64,000 nt of DNA from Mobula hypostoma. Taxonomy: Eukaryota. Where the stretch lies: the NCBI RefSeq assembly GCF_963921235.1, contig NC_086097.1:150228001-150292000 (forward strand). Reading direction: 5' to 3'. The notes below the pieces were generated by a model. It ran no database searches, was not told the origin of the DNA, and worked only from the letters and a program-made list of their open reading frames with translations. Shown here one piece after another: positions 1-13,439 of the stretch (the stretch's first letter is position 1; each line of letters starts with the position of its first letter). The position numbers were made by a program, and so were the translations under genes.

Positions 1-1380
1 TTTATTGAAATGGAAAGATACCTCCTCTGTCCTTACATTAATTCAATGGTTTTCTAAAGCAATGTTATGTCTTAGCTTGGGAAAAATTAGAAGTAGTATT
101 CTTGATCCTCGATTCGATTTTGAGAGAAGATAGGGCTCTTTTGCCAAATATTATCATTTAGTTTGAATTAATTTATATGGTTTCCTTCCAATCTTATTTT
201 ATATAAATGTGAATTGGCAGTTGATGATTTTTCTTCTTCATATTGTTACGAGAATACACATAAAATTAAGATGTTTGCTGGCCTGGGTTAGCATCAGTGA
301 CATCAGTAGTTGGTCTGCCACCTGCCCTCAGGGGAAGGAGAGATAAGGAACAATGGAGCAGCGTCTGGAGATGTGTAATGAAGGAATGTGGGAGAGAGAG
401 CTGTCTGGAGCGGCTCCCCTCTTTGAACCTTGAACTGTTTGAAGTGATGGACAGGTGATACCCCAGCAGGGGGATAAAAAGGGACCGGTTCGCTAAGGCA
501 GGACACACACGCCACCCGAGGTAACGAGACCCTGGAAGCGGTGCGCCTCTCACGAGTGGGTGAGAAGTATCAGACAACGACCAGGGTGGAAAGGTACGAT
601 CAGCGGGAACCCGGTGTGTGTCTGCCCTTGCCTGGGTGCCGGGTTCACTGCAGAGGATCGACCGCATCTGGAGGAGGGGTCACAGTCGGTGACCTCAGGT
701 GACATCACCAAGGACCCGCCCAAAAAGTTGCTTGTGAGCCATCCCGCCGGTCTGTGAGTGAAGCAGTGTTCTGTTCTGAATGATCAGTTGTTCCTGTTCT
801 TTCCCCCACCTTGTCCATCGCCATGGCAACGATTACTGCGAACTGAACTTTGAATCTCTTTGAAATTTGGTCATTTACCCCTAGACAACGATAGAGCTTG
901 ATTGATGCTGTTATCTTAATTCTGTGCACATGTGTGGTTAACATTGCTGAACTGTTGCATTTATTATCCTTTCGATTACTGTGTTGCTTGTTTCTTTAAT
1001 AAAACTTTCTTAGTTCTAGTAATCCAGACTCCAACTGAGTGATCCATTTCTGCTGGTTTGGCAACCCAGTTACGGGGTACGTAACAATATATATAGATGA
1101 TTGTAAGACGTATTGCTCTGGGAGTTGGTGCCTAATGTGTTTTTTTTCTTCTTTTTTCTTTTTCTTTCTCTTGTAGTTAGAGGGTTTTTTCCTTTTAGTT
1201 AGATGGGGTTCTCTTTTTCCCTTCTTTATGAAAAATATATATTTTTTCATTATACATTATTCTTTTTTGATAAGTTTTTTCAGCTTTATTAACTGTATAT
1301 ATATCAATTTGTTGAAGTCTTGTATCATTTTATAACTGTAGAAGATTATGCATCAATAAAAAGATTTTAAAAATGAAATG
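1..1380 (+). mobile_element. L1-type LINE 3' end (ORF2 C-terminus and 3' UTR), interrupted by a solo LTR
   Basis: The first ~165 nt read LLKWKD...LIQWFSKAMLCLSLGKIR, resembling fish L1 ORF2 C-termini. The T-rich UTR resumes after 1090 and ends near AATAAA at ~1355. Confidence 0.65.
244..1086 (+). mobile_element. Solo LTR
   Basis: Termini TGTTACG...CGTAACA (7-bp inverted repeat), 4-bp TSD ATAT (240-243 and 1087-1090), AATAAA near 998. Confidence 0.85.
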
Positions 1381-1383
1381 AAA

Positions 1384-2770
1384 CATTATGTCTCTAAATG
1401 TGCAATGTGCAATTTATAAGCATTTATAATAAATAGTATGTATTTATTATACTATTATAATAAATAATAGTATATTAAATATAACAGTCAATATAACATA
1501 GAAATACAATTGTATCAGCGTGAATTAATCAGTCTGATGGCCCGGTGGAAGAAGCTTTCCCAGAGCTTGTTGGTTCTGGCTTTTATGCTGTGGTACCGTT
1601 TCCTGGATGGTAGCAGCTGGAGTAGATCGTGGTTGCAGTGACTCGGGTCCCCAGTGATCCTTCGAGCCTCTTTTACCCACCTATCTTTGTAAATGTCCAG
1701 AATAGTGGGAAGTTCACATCTACAGATGTGCTGGGCTGTCCGCACCACTCTCTGCAGAGTCCTGTGATTAAGGGAGGTACAGTTCCCATACCAGACAGTG
1801 ATGTAGCCAGTCAGGATGCTCTCAATTGTGTCCCTGTTTGAAAGTTCTTGGGATTTGGGGGCCCATACCAAACTTCTTCAACCATCCGAGGTTGAAGAGG
1901 AACTGTTGTGGTTTTTTTAACACACAATTTGTATGTACAGACCACGTGAGATCCTTGGTGATGTGTATACTGAGGAACTTAAAGCCATTCACTCTCTCAA
2001 CCCCAGATCCATTGTTGTCAATAAGTTTTAGCCTGTCTCCATTCCTCCTATAGTCCACAACCAGCTCCTTTGTTTTGGTGACATTGAAGGGGAGGTTATT
2101 TTCTTGACACCACTGTGTCAAGGTGATGACTTCTTCTCTGTAGGCTGCCTCATTATTATTTGAGGAGATTAGGCCAATCAGTGTAGTGTCGTTAGCAAAC
2201 TTAATTAGCAGATTAGAGCTGTTGGTGGTGACACAGTCATGGATATACAGGGAGTAATGGAGGGGGCTTAGTACACTGCCCTGAGGGGCACCTGTGTTGC
2301 GGGTCAGAGGGGCAGAGGTGAGGGAGCCCACTCTTGCCACCTGCCGGTGATCTGACAGGAAGTCCAGGATCCAGCTGCAGAAGGCAGGATGAAGTCCGAG
2401 GTCTCTGAGCTTCTTGTTGAGCCTGGAGGGAATTATGGCGTTGGATGCTGAACTGTAGTCCAAGAACAGCATTCTCACATAAGCATCCCTCTTCTCCAGA
2501 TGTGTAAGGACGGTGTGTGGAGCTGTGGTGATTGCGTTGTCTGTCGATCGGTTGTGTTGGTAGGCGAACTGTAGGGGGTCCAGTGTGGGTGGTAGCAAGC
2601 TGCAGATGTAGTCCTTGCCAAGCCTCTCAAAGCATTTGCCTATTATTGAGGTGAGTATGACAGGATTCCAGTCGTTCAGACAGGTTACCTTGGTCTTTTT
2701 AGGTACAGGGACAATGGTGGATGTTTTGATGCAGGAGGGCACTCTACATTGGGAGAGGGAGAGATTAAAT
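1384..2770 (-). mobile_element. Rex1/Babar-clade LINE, 5'-truncated RT
   Basis: ORFs 1822-2802 and 1515-1871 contain DPLQFAY, GAPQGSVLSP, KFANDT and the C-terminal LQRVVRTAQHI...DPSH motifs; frameshifted. Confidence 0.9.
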
Positions 2771-2869
2771 GTTTTTGTGTGTGTTGCTTGGATTTCTGGC
2801 ATCTGCAGATTTTTTCTTGTTTGTGAAAGGTCACGCCCAACAGGTGAACTTCAACCAATGTGCAAAAAT

Positions 2870-3500
2870 AACAAATAGAAAGAGAAGAAAAAATAATAAT
2901 AGATAAATATCGAGAACCTGAGATGAAGTGTCTTTGAAAGTGAGTCCAGTTCAGTGATGGGGTGGAGTGAAGCTGAGTGAGGTCATCCTCTCTGGTTCAA
3001 GAGCATGATGCTTGAGGAATAATAACCGTTTCTGAATCTGGTGGTGCAGGTCCTGAGGCTCCTGTACCTTTTTCTTGATGGCTGCAGTGAGAAGAGAGCA
3101 TGACCTGGATGGTGGGGGTCCCTGACGATGGATGCTGCTTTCCTGTGACAGCACTCCGCGTAGATATACTCAATGGTGGTGAGGGCTTCACCCGTGATGA
3201 ACTGGTCCATATCTTTTTTTTGATAGGCTTTTCCGTACAAGGGCACTGGTGATTCCATACCAGGCTGTCATGCAACCAGTCAATATGATCTCCACGCACA
3301 CATCTATAGAAGTTCGTCAAAGTTTTAGATGACATGCCGAATCTTTGCAGGCTTCTATAAAAGAGACGCACCGTCGTGCTTCCTTTGTAACGGCATTACA
3401 TGCTGGACCCAGGACAGATCCCCCAAAATAACAAAAAGGAGTTTATAGTTGTTGACCTTCTCCACCTCTGATCCCTCAATGAGGACTGGCTCATGGACCT
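2870..3500 (-). mobile_element. Rex1/Babar LINE 3' fragment
   Basis: KAASIVRDPHHPGHALFSLQPSRKRYRSL and TLTNFYRC motifs. Confidence 0.8.
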
Positions 3501-3699
3501 CTGGCTTCCTTACAGTTGTCCAACTTATTGAAGTTACTTGACAAAAAGGGGAAGTAATGGATGCAATGGACTTGGATTTTTCATTTGGTATTTAGATAAA
3601 GTGACACCTCAGAATTTATTGTTGAAAATACAAGGTTATGATTAGGGGCCAATTCAGTGGTGTGGACTGAAGAATCATCACTATTAGGACACAGGAATT

Positions 3700-4060
3700 C
3701 CGTGACACATGAAGGCAGAAGCAGGCCATTTGGCCCTCGCGTCTGCTCAGCCATTCAATCATCTCAACCCCATTCTCCTGCCTTCTCCCTGCAATCTTTG
3801 ACATTCTTACTAATCAATAATCTGTCAACCTCCACTTTAAATATACCCAGTGACTTGGCCTCCACTTTGTGGCAATGTATTCCACAGATTCACCACCCTA
3901 AAGACATTATTCCTCATCTCTGTTCTAAAAGAACATCCTTCTTTTCTGATGCTGTGCTCTGTGTTATACGCCCACTATAGGAAATACCCTCTCCACATCC
4001 ACTAGACCTTTCATTTTCCAATAGGTTTCAATGAGATCCCCCTAATTCTTCTAAACTCAG
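3700..4060 (-). mobile_element. CR1 LINE 3' end
   Basis: Resembles the other CR1 3' ends in this window (e.g. 27355-27900). Confidence 0.6.
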
Positions 4061-5448
4061 ATTGGTATTTTACTAGTTGGTAAGATCCAATGAATTAAAT
4101 TCCTCAGCGGTTGATACTGGGCCTTCATCTTTTTTTAACAATTAGTATACATGTTTTGGAAGAAGTTTCCTTAAGGCTGTTACAGCCAGGAGTTTTAGTG
4201 GGGATAAGCTCACAATGACGTACATCTCAAATAGCCTCTGACAACCAAGTCTAACTCTTGCTTTCACCTGCAGCTCCTAAACCCAGCAGAACCATTTCTA
4301 CTGACAGGAGAAGGGGCAAAGGTGGATTACTGGCCCCTTAAGACCAGTTGCTTTGGGCAGATGGGACTTACCTGCCGTAGGAGAAGAAAATCTGATCTCC
4401 ATCTTCCGTTGCCTTGCAGTTATACCCACTCATGGGCAAGGCTTTGGGAGGAAACCTCAAGGAAAATTCCGGAGCTGGAGTTCGTAAAGCAGTCCTGCGT
4501 TGAGTTCAATGCTGACTGGCAACTCCTGCAGCACAGCTGGTGCCAAGTTGTATTGGTCTCTGTTGTTCCTTTGGATTCATCAGCTGCATGGAGAGGAGGA
4601 GCTGTTGCATGGGCAACTGCTTGCTCTCCACATCACACTCACCTGGCTTGTGCACTGATTTGTGTATCACATAGACAGCTACTATACAATGTCCATGGTC
4701 AACCCCGGCCTCAGTGTTTGGGGGAAGTGATCCAAAGGTATAACATCTAAATTCGCCGATGACACAAAGCTAGCTAGATAGCAAGCTTTGAAATCGAAAA
4801 ACACCTTTGGTTGGCCCAGTCGGAGTTGCTGCATCCGAGTGCAGCTACCTTTCTGGAATTAGGAAAGGAAGAAAATTGGATGAAAAACTAGAAAAGTTAT
4901 GGTTCAGCAAATATAGGGGATTAGGGAGATCATGTATGGATTGTTGTGGGCAGGCCCTCTGACACAATCCAGGCTACAGGAGTGCATGCCGAGACACACT
5001 CGGAATCTCGATGCTGCCACTGTAGAGGCTCTGTGGGGATGGGCCTACTGCCTGGAGTCCTGCCTTCACTGGACATTGAGGGGCAGGTTGCTGTGTAAGC
5101 CTTTTAAACACTTGTCCTCTCAGACACTTTTTGGTTTAAAGAGTCACTCATGCAGTTTAAATAGAATTGGTAGTGTGGTTTATTAATGTTGCATGTACCA
5201 TGATACAGTGAAAACTTCTGTCTGTGCGCCATCCAGACAGCTCATTCCACAGTGTCGGTGCTCATTCCATACCTGACTACTTCAAGAAGTACAAAGGGAA
5301 AAGCAATAACAGAATGTAAAATATGGTGTCATAGTTATAGGGAAAAGTGTAGTACAAGTTGGCAATTAAGGTATAAAGGATATATTGATTTAATGGAAAA
5401 GTGAAAGTAATGAGATACACTACAATTGTATTGTGTTTCTTGCATATA

Positions 5449-7190
5449 TTAGATTAGATTAGATTCAACTTTATTGTCATTGTGCCGAGTACAGACACAA
5501 AACCAATGAAATGCATTTAGCATCTGACCAGAAATGTAAAAAATAGTGTTATTTACAAAATAACTGCAAATAAAAAAGTGCTACAGCACACAAATATAAA
5601 AGTACTGCAACAGTACAATATGGATGCAATACTGCTTATCGCTGTGATGTGAGGTTCAGCAGGGTCACAGCCTCAGGGAAGGAGCTCTTCCTGTGCCTGC
5701 TGGTGCGGGAGCGGAGGCTCCTGTAGCGCCTACCGGATGGGAGGAGAGTGAAAAGTCCATGGTTAGGGTGAGATGCATCCCTGATAATGCCTTTCACCGT
5801 CCAGGCAGTGTTTATGGTAGATGTTCTCAATGGTGGGCAATTGGGTGCTGATAATCCGCTGGGCAGTTTTCACCACATGCTGGAGTGCTTTGCAGGCCGA
5901 TACGGGACAATTGCCATACCACACTGAGATGCAGTTGGTGAGTATGCTCTCAATGGTACAGCAGTAAAAGTCCGTCAGTATCCTGGGACAGAGGTGAGCT
6001 TTCTTGATGATCCGCAGGAAATAAAGGTGCTGTTGCGCCTTTTTGATCAGGATAGAGGAGTTCAGGGACCAGGTGAGATCCTCGGAAATGTGGACACCAA
6101 GGAATTTGAAGCTTGATACATGCTCCACTAAAGTTCCGTAGATGTAGTTGGGGACGTGAGTGTGACTCCTGGCATGCCTGAAGTCCACAATGATCTCCTT
6201 GGTCTTCTGGGTGTTAAGGGCCAGGTTGTTGTCAGCACACCACGTGGCCAGGTGCTGGACCTCATCCCTGTAGGCCGTCTTGACATTCCCTCTGATCAGA
6301 CTAACCACCGTGGTGTCATCTGCAAACTTGATTTTGGAGTTAGAACCTTGTACAGGAATGCTGTGATAGGTGAAAAGGGAGTACAGAAGAGGGCTCAGCA
6401 CACAGCCTCGAGGCATGCCAGTGTTCAGGGTGAGAGTGGAGGAGAAGAGGTTGTCTAACTTAACTGATTGGGGTCTGTTAGTCAGAAGATCCAATTGCAG
6501 AGGGATATGCTGATACCAAGCTGGCGAAGTTTGGTGATCAGCTTGGAGGGGATCACAGTATTGAATGCCGAACTAAAGTCAATGAACAGCATTCTGACGT
6601 AAGAGTTGGGGCTGTCCAGGTGGGTCAGGGCAGAGTGAAGTGCCGTGGAGATGGCGTCCTCTGTTGACCTGTTGGTGCAATAGACAAATTGATGGGGGTC
6701 CAGGGTAGTGGGCAGACAGGATTTCAGATGTGATAGAACCAGTCTCTCAAAGCACTTTGCAATGATGGGGGTGAGTGCAACTGGGCGGAAGTCATTCAGG
6801 CCCATGGCAGTGGAATGCTTCGGCACTGGCGCGATGGTGACAGTCTTGAAGCTTGTGGGGACAACCGCCTGGGCCAGGGACAGATTGAAAATGTCTGTGA
6901 AGACCTCGGCCAACTGCCCTGCACAGACTCTGAGCACACGGCCAGGTATTCCATCCAGACCAGCTGCCTTCCGTACATTCACCCCGCTCAGGGTGGCACA
7001 AACATCGGAGGTGGAAAGTGAGAGAGGCAGTTCATCAGGTGGGAGATCTGCTTTGAGGGTGACCTTGTTCTCTCGGTCAAAGCGAGCGTAGAAGTAATTG
7101 AGCTCATCAGGGAGGGAAGCAGAGCTGGAAGGGGGCACAGTACTAGGTGGTTTGAAGTCTGTAATGTCCTGTCTGCCATGCCACATGCAC
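5449..7190 (-). mobile_element. Rex1/Babar LINE, truncated RT
   Basis: ORFs 6482-7186, 5763-6494 and 5636-5830 (KAAGLDG, DFRPVAL, KFADDT); short-repeat tail seen as (ATTAG)n on + at ~5449-5465. Confidence 0.9.
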
Positions 7191-7429
7191 CGGGGGTCCG
7201 AGGAGTTGAAGTGTTCCTCGATTCTCTGTTTGTATATGTGTTTAGCTTGAAAATCAAGCTCTTAGTTATTAAAATATGGTCAAATTTGACTGTTGCTCTC
7301 TGCTTAAGGAAAATCAATGGAGTTATTATATTTCTGAAGAAGGATCTGAGCACAGGTTTGAATCTTTTCCTCTCTCTTCCCCTGACAAAGCTTGGAATAA
7401 AGCTTTTAATTTTTATTCTACTTCCTTTA

Positions 7430-7970
7430 TCTCTTCTGATATGTTGGTCCATGGCATCTTCTACGACTGCAATGAGTCTACTCTCATGTTGCAGGAGCAA
7501 TACCTCATATTCCACCTGGGTAACCTCCAATTTGATGGCATTGACGTCAATTTTTCTAACTCCCCTTTCTCTCTTTCATTCCCCATTCTGTCTCTCCCCC
7601 TTAACCTTTCTCTTCTCCTCACCTGCCCATCATCTTCCTTTAGTGCCCTCCTCCTTCCCTTTCTCCCATAGTTCACCCTTCTACCCTATGGGATTCTTTC
7701 TTCTTCAGCCCTTTACCTTTTCCACATATCATCTCCCAGCTCCTCACTTCATCCCCCTCCCCCACCCACCTACCTACCCCCTCATTTGGTTTCATCTATC
7801 ACTTACCAGCTTGTTCTGTTTTTGTTTCCCTACCTTTTTAATCTGGCTTCTCCCAGCTTCCTTTCCATTCCTGATGAAGGGTCTTGGCCCAAAACTTTGA
7901 CTGTTTATTTCCCTCAGCTTGTCCTGCTGAGTTCCTCCAGCATTTTGCGTGTGTTAATCTGAATTTCCAG
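7430..7970 (+). mobile_element. Penelope-like element 3' fragment (end of GIY-YIG plus pLTR)
   Basis: SDMLVHG...QEQYLIFHLGNLQFDGIDVNFSN matches the end of the GIY-YIG ORF at ~17000; degenerate hammerhead at ~7870. Confidence 0.75.
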
Positions 7971-8029
7971 CACTTCATCTCATTCAGTGGGTTTGGTTCT
8001 CAACTGGAGATCTCTGTATGCAGGCTGAA

Positions 8030-8480
8030 TCCAGAAAATTGGCCCCTCATTATAGGTGACACATTAACCCAGTTATCTATCATCTCCAACTCCTGAGCAT
8101 GATACGGATCCATGTATCCTGCCTCAAAACCTTGAATGCCAGCCTATCTGAAACATCCTCCATCTTTCAGAATTGTTGAGGGACAACCCACCTACATAGT
8201 CTGGCAACTTTTGGACACCTGCAATGTTTCAGTTGAAAGGCAGCACCTTGTGGAATAGGAGGGATATGTCCCAGAAGAAAGAAGCTGGATTCCTTCTTGG
8301 GACACTTTGGACCCTACCCTGATAGAGGACATTCACAAACACCACCCTGATTACCCCAGGCTGTCTGGAGCCTGCCGTTAGGAGGGTGGGTTTTGTCATG
8401 GTCCTAGCTGAACAGGAGCAGGCATCCATGATTTGGCGCTCCAATTCCCCATAGTATGGTTACCTGCCACTGTCCCTTTA
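8030..8480 (+). mobile_element. Chromovirus (Sushi-like) Gypsy remnant: integrase C-terminus/chromodomain, PPT and LTR start
   Basis: Decayed IHVSCLK...[12 protein letters not shown]...[14 protein letters not shown], then purine tract AGGAGGGTGGG and TGTCATG. Confidence 0.6.
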
Positions 8481-9490
8481 ACATTCAGACTACCAATTAT
8501 TGCCAGCTACATTCCTTCATGGAAAGTCTGTACAAGGCCTTGTGCTTAATTGTAGGATTCAATCATACTGGTACCCAAAAAGAGTTGTGGTAACCTGCCT
8601 CAGTGACTCCCCCCAGTGACGCTTACATCCACGGTGATGAAGTGATTTGAGAGGCTGGTGTTGGGGTATATCAGCTCCTGTCTGAATGGTGACTTGGGAT
8701 CTGCTTGAATTTGCCAACTGAAGCAACAGGTCTACAGCAGATATCATCTCACTGGCTCTTCACATAACCCTGGAGCATCTGGACAGCAAAGATTATACTG
8801 TACATCAGGATAGTCTATATTGATTACAGCTCAGCATTTTCAGCTCAATTGAGTTGATGACAGCGCCTCTACTTCCTCAGGAGTCTGTGGAGATTTGGCA
8901 TGACATCAGAAACCTTGGCAGACTTCTATAGATATGAGCTGGGAAGTCTGCATTACAGCCTGGTGTGGGAAAACCAATATCTTTGAGTGGAAAATCCAAC
9001 AAAAGGTAGTGGATTTGGCCCAGTACATCATGGGTAAAACCCTCTCAACCATTGAGCAGAACTACATGAACTGCTGCTGTAGAAAAGCAGCATCCATCAT
9101 CAAAGTTCCTCACCACCCAGACCATGCTCTTTTCTCACTGCTGCCATTAGGTAGAAGGTACAAGTGCCTCAGGACTTGTACCACCAGGTTCAAGAGTAGT
9201 TACTACCCCTCAACCATCAGGCTCTTGAATAAAAGAGAATAGCTACACTCATCCTATTTCTGGTGTTCCCACAACCAATGGTCTCACTTTAAGGACTTTT
9301 TATCTTGTTATTTCATGCTTGTTATTTATTGCTATATATTTATATTAGTGTTTGCACAATTTGTTCTTTGATCCTGTTTACAGTTACTGTTCTATAGATT
9401 TGCTAAGTATGCCCGCAGGAAAAAGAATTTCCGGGTTGTATATGGTGAAATGTATGCACTCTGATAATAAATTTTACTTTGAACTTTGAG
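8480..9490 (+). mobile_element. Rex1/Babar LINE fragment with internal deletions
   Basis: ORF 8934-9242 (KAASIIKVPHHPDHALF); 3' end TTTACTTTGAACTTTGA. Confidence 0.8.
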
Positions 9491-10084
9491 GAATTCCATT
9501 CATAGTGCTACTGTTTGTTGTTTTTGCCTTTGGATTTTGTTTGTGTCATTTTGTTAATTTCAGGTCTGTGTTAATTCTAGACCATACACTGCACTTGGGT
9601 TCTCTGTTATCTATAGCACTCATGACACAGTTTGAGTGATTTAGGTTCTAGACTAGTTGTCATTGGTTAAACAGTTCCGCATTACTGTTGAAAATTAGCT
9701 CCTTTGCCATTGGAGGTGAGGTGCAATATTGCAGTGATAAAGACTGAAATCTTTAAAGACATTCACAGGCCTTGCTTGACACCAATCTTCACTGAGATTG
9801 GAAATCAAACCACTGCAAATGCTGGAAATCTGAGATAAAACGGAAAATGCTGGAAACATTTAGCACAACAGGCAGCAGATAAGGGAAAACAAATAGTTAA
9901 GATCTCAGGTGGAAGATCTTTCTTTCCACAGATGCCACTTGAGCTTTGCCACACTTGCAGCATTATCTGTTTTTATTTCAGAATTTTAGCAGCTGCAATT
10001 TTAAAAATAATTTACTGTGGAATTTGCTGCTGCTTCCATGAATACCCACCTAGGAGTTGTCACTCTTTGTTTCTTTTATTGAAT

Positions 10085-10980
10085 TGTCTTGACTTTATTA
10101 CTTACATCCTTCATATACATGAGGAGTAAAAATCTTTACGTCGCATCTCCATCTAAATGTGTAATGTGCAATTATATTAATTTTATAGTAAATATGTATT
10201 ATGCACAACAGGATAGTCAATATAACATAGAAATACAGTTGCATCAGCATGAATTAAGCAGGTTGATGGCCTGGTGGAAGAAGCTGTCCCGGAGCCTGTT
10301 GGTCCTGTCTTTTATGCTACAGCACCGTTCCCCAGATGGTAGCAGGTGGAACAGTTTGTGGTTGGGGTGACTCGGGTCCCCAATGATCTTTCGGGCCCTT
10401 CTTACACACCTGTCTTTGTAAATGTCCTGAATAGTGGGAAGTTCACATCCACAGATGCACTGGGCTGTCTGCTTCACCCTCTGCAGAGTCCTGCGATTGA
10501 GGGAAGTACAGTTCCCATACCAAGCAGTGATGCAACCAGGCAGGATGTTCTCGATCATGCCCCTATAGAAAGAATTTAGGGGCCCATACCAAACTTCTTC
10601 AACTGTCTGAGGTGAAAGAGATGCTGTTGTACCTTTTCAACCACATTGCTGGTATGTACAGACCACGTGAGATCTTCAGTGATGTTTACGCTGAGGAAGT
10701 TAAAGCCATTCACCCTCTGAACCTCAGATCCATTGATGTCTGTAAGGGTTAGCCTGTCTCCATTCCTCCTGTAGTCCACAACCAGATTCTTTGTTTTTGT
10801 GACATTGAGGGAGAGATTATTTTCTTGACACCACTGTGTCAGGGTGATGACTTCTTCTCTGTAGGCTGCCTCATTATTATTTGAGGAGATTGGGCCAATC
10901 CGTGTAGTGTCATTAGCAAACTTAATTAGAAGATTAGAGCTGTGGCTGGCAACATAGTCATGGGTATACAGAGAGTAAAG
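10085..10980 (-). mobile_element. Rex1/Babar LINE fragment, same family as 1384-2770
   Basis: ORFs 10244-10558 and 10576-10779 are near-identical to the copy at 1515-2200. Confidence 0.85.
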
Positions 10981-10981
10981 A

Positions 10982-12533
10982 CTGATTTATACTTGTGCGT
11001 CAAATGTATGCCATAGGTACGGCATAGCCGCAAACCCTACGCTGTATTTATGCTGAACCCTATGCCGTAGCCTAACGCACACCTCTCCCAAAATGTAACT
11101 ACGTGTCGCGGCGTCGCAGACTGCAACAACTGTGACTGGTCCGCTTGGTAGCATCGCATTTCCTCCTACGCTGCAATAGCTTCCCATTGGGCGACTGAAG
11201 GGCAGGGAAGGAACTCTGGCTGCAATGCTTTCCATAAAGCTTTACAGACTGCTGAAATTGTGGAGGACCCTGTGCTTGACACCAGTTTGTAGCTAGCTGC
11301 TACAGCCTGTTGACTTCCTCCTGAAGCTAAAACTCGAATGGTGATTGCCAGTCTCTGAGTATACTGTGCATACACTGATGTAAAATAAATGGTTGGAGAC
11401 GATGAACCAAATCATCAAATCTACCTGCCGACATCCAAAAATATTTGAAATGCATTTCCTCGTCCATGTCTCCCAGTGGTGTTACATACCTCAAGGAGAT
11501 CTTTTGACTTTCTTGTGAGAATGATGTAATATTCTTTTGGAGGTCACCTGATGTAATTTTCCCGCCGATGTGAGGTCACGTGATGACATGTTCACCACGG
11601 GTATAAAAGGGAAGACCCCTGGTGACGCAGTTAGTTTTCCAGTTAGAATGTTAGCCAGAGACTCCGCTCCGTTGCGTGTTTTTTTATGGCGCAGCTTCGA
11701 TTTAAAATGGAGTTCTACATTCTATTGTAAAGTACAACAGTGCTGGACTGGCAATTTCTGCCAGGTTTGTTGATGTACCTTTTTCCAGTAGTATTGGAGA
11801 GTGAAGTACAGGATATGAAGGATTAAGAGAAGTCGGTAATGTTCAGCAATTTAATAAAGGATCGACGTTATTGAGTCTTCGTCGAAGAAGTAGTGACCTG
11901 CATTAAAGATAACTCCTGCCAAAAGAACAAGAAGTTCATGCAAGGTTTGCTTTCTAGAAATAAAGGTCAGTTGTTTTTAAGCCGTTTATTTCCTTCATCG
12001 TGAATCCTTCGGACAGAACCAGCAGGAAAGTCGTGTCTATGAAGAAATCCTTCTCCAGAGAAGTCTCTGCCCATTTGAATGTATAAATCTGTTGGACTTT
12101 TGAATTCACCATCTTAAGAATTGTATTTGACTTTACTACTTTAAGAACTGTTTTCACATTTATCGCTTTAAGAACCAGTACCGAGTGGCGATTTGTTGAA
12201 TGGCCGCATAGTGGTTAACTTCCAGTTAAGATTGTCATTTTTTTTTAATTGTTTATCCGTGTTTAGTAAATGTTTGGTTGTTTTTATATAACCTGACTCG
12301 ATTGATATTCATTGTGGCCAGTTATGTAACAGTGGCCGGACAAGCACAGAAAATTCACCCTCCTTCCGTTTCAGTTGCCAATGTTTGAAGTTTGAGTTTC
12401 TTGGTGTTGAAACTCAACACAGTGGCATAGAAACCCTACCACCAACTAGCGGTTTGGCGGTGAATTGCAGAGCGACGCAGACACACCAACGCACAAGTAT
12501 AAATGCTCACAACGGCACAGCCCACTTGCGTAG
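10982..12533 (-). mobile_element. PIF/Harbinger-derived DNA transposon (internally deleted), interrupted by a solo LTR
   Basis: [25 protein letters not shown] and [20 protein letters not shown]...[18 protein letters not shown] resemble a Harbinger transposase N-terminus. Inverted motif TTTATACTTGTGCGT (~10986) / ACGCACAAGTATAAA (~12489). Confidence 0.75.
11480..12331. mobile_element. Solo LTR inserted in the Harbinger transposase
   Basis: TGTTACATA...TATGTAACA termini; TSD GTGG (11476-11479 and 12332-12335); the Harbinger frame rejoins across it. Confidence 0.85.
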
Positions 12534-13439
12534 GACAGTGTGTAGAGCTGTGGCTATTGCGTTGTTTTCATTTTACTTTTTTTAACCTGAAACATTAACC
12601 CAGTTTTTCTTTCTACAGCTGCCTTGTTGATTAGTTTCTGGAATTTTCTGTTCACTAAGATTAGCTCAATTGTATATTTTTTTGGTCAGCAGCTTGGTTT
12701 GCATGACCTGACCATGTACTTCCAAGTTGACGGCACCTAACACTAACCCTGACCCAAAGCTAAGTGTCCTCAGCTGTATTTGGGAGGTTTTCCCTTTGGA
12801 GTCAATCCTGAGTAAGTTTGCAGCTGAACACAAATAATTGATGAGGTAGTGTGTATATTATAGCAGTCATCTCCTGTGGCAGATGGACTTCAGCCCTGAG
12901 CAATCAGAAAGATTTGTGGAAAAGCAGTGTGAAGTTTGCTTTAGGAAAACAGGTTTGTGTCAGCAAGTCTTGAGAACATAAACTATTGTATACTACAGCA
13001 CAGGGGCAGGATTCAAGGCCAAATCAAGCTTTGCTGATATGTTATAATGCATTCTCTGATGAAAGATTGAAGTTCATATTTAATTGCTGGACAAACTTGA
13101 CTTTCAAAACAGTGACTGTAACAAACACATTTCACTACTTTCATGTATATGCTTCACAATTTCACGAAAAAAAGCAGGCAAATGATGAATATCTGAACCC
13201 AAAGACCTTCTACATAAATAAAAGAAAAGGGGAAAAGCTTCTGAATTTGGAAATTTGAAGAAATAACATCAAATGCTAGAAAACACGGCCAGTGACAATT
13301 ATCTTTACATCAAGGAAGATTCTTGGTTGTGATTGAAGGTGGTTTGGATGAGCAGAGGTAACAAATATGTAACACCAAACCACTAAATAAATTCTAGTAA
13401 TGACTGCTACTTGTTACTTTTGCCTCTTTCTTACTAGAT

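Noticed and set aside
7178..7900. 240-aa hydrophobic ORF
   Set aside because: It spans a Rex1 end, an unassigned AT-rich stretch and a pyrimidine-rich Penelope pLTR; a low-complexity chimera with no domain.
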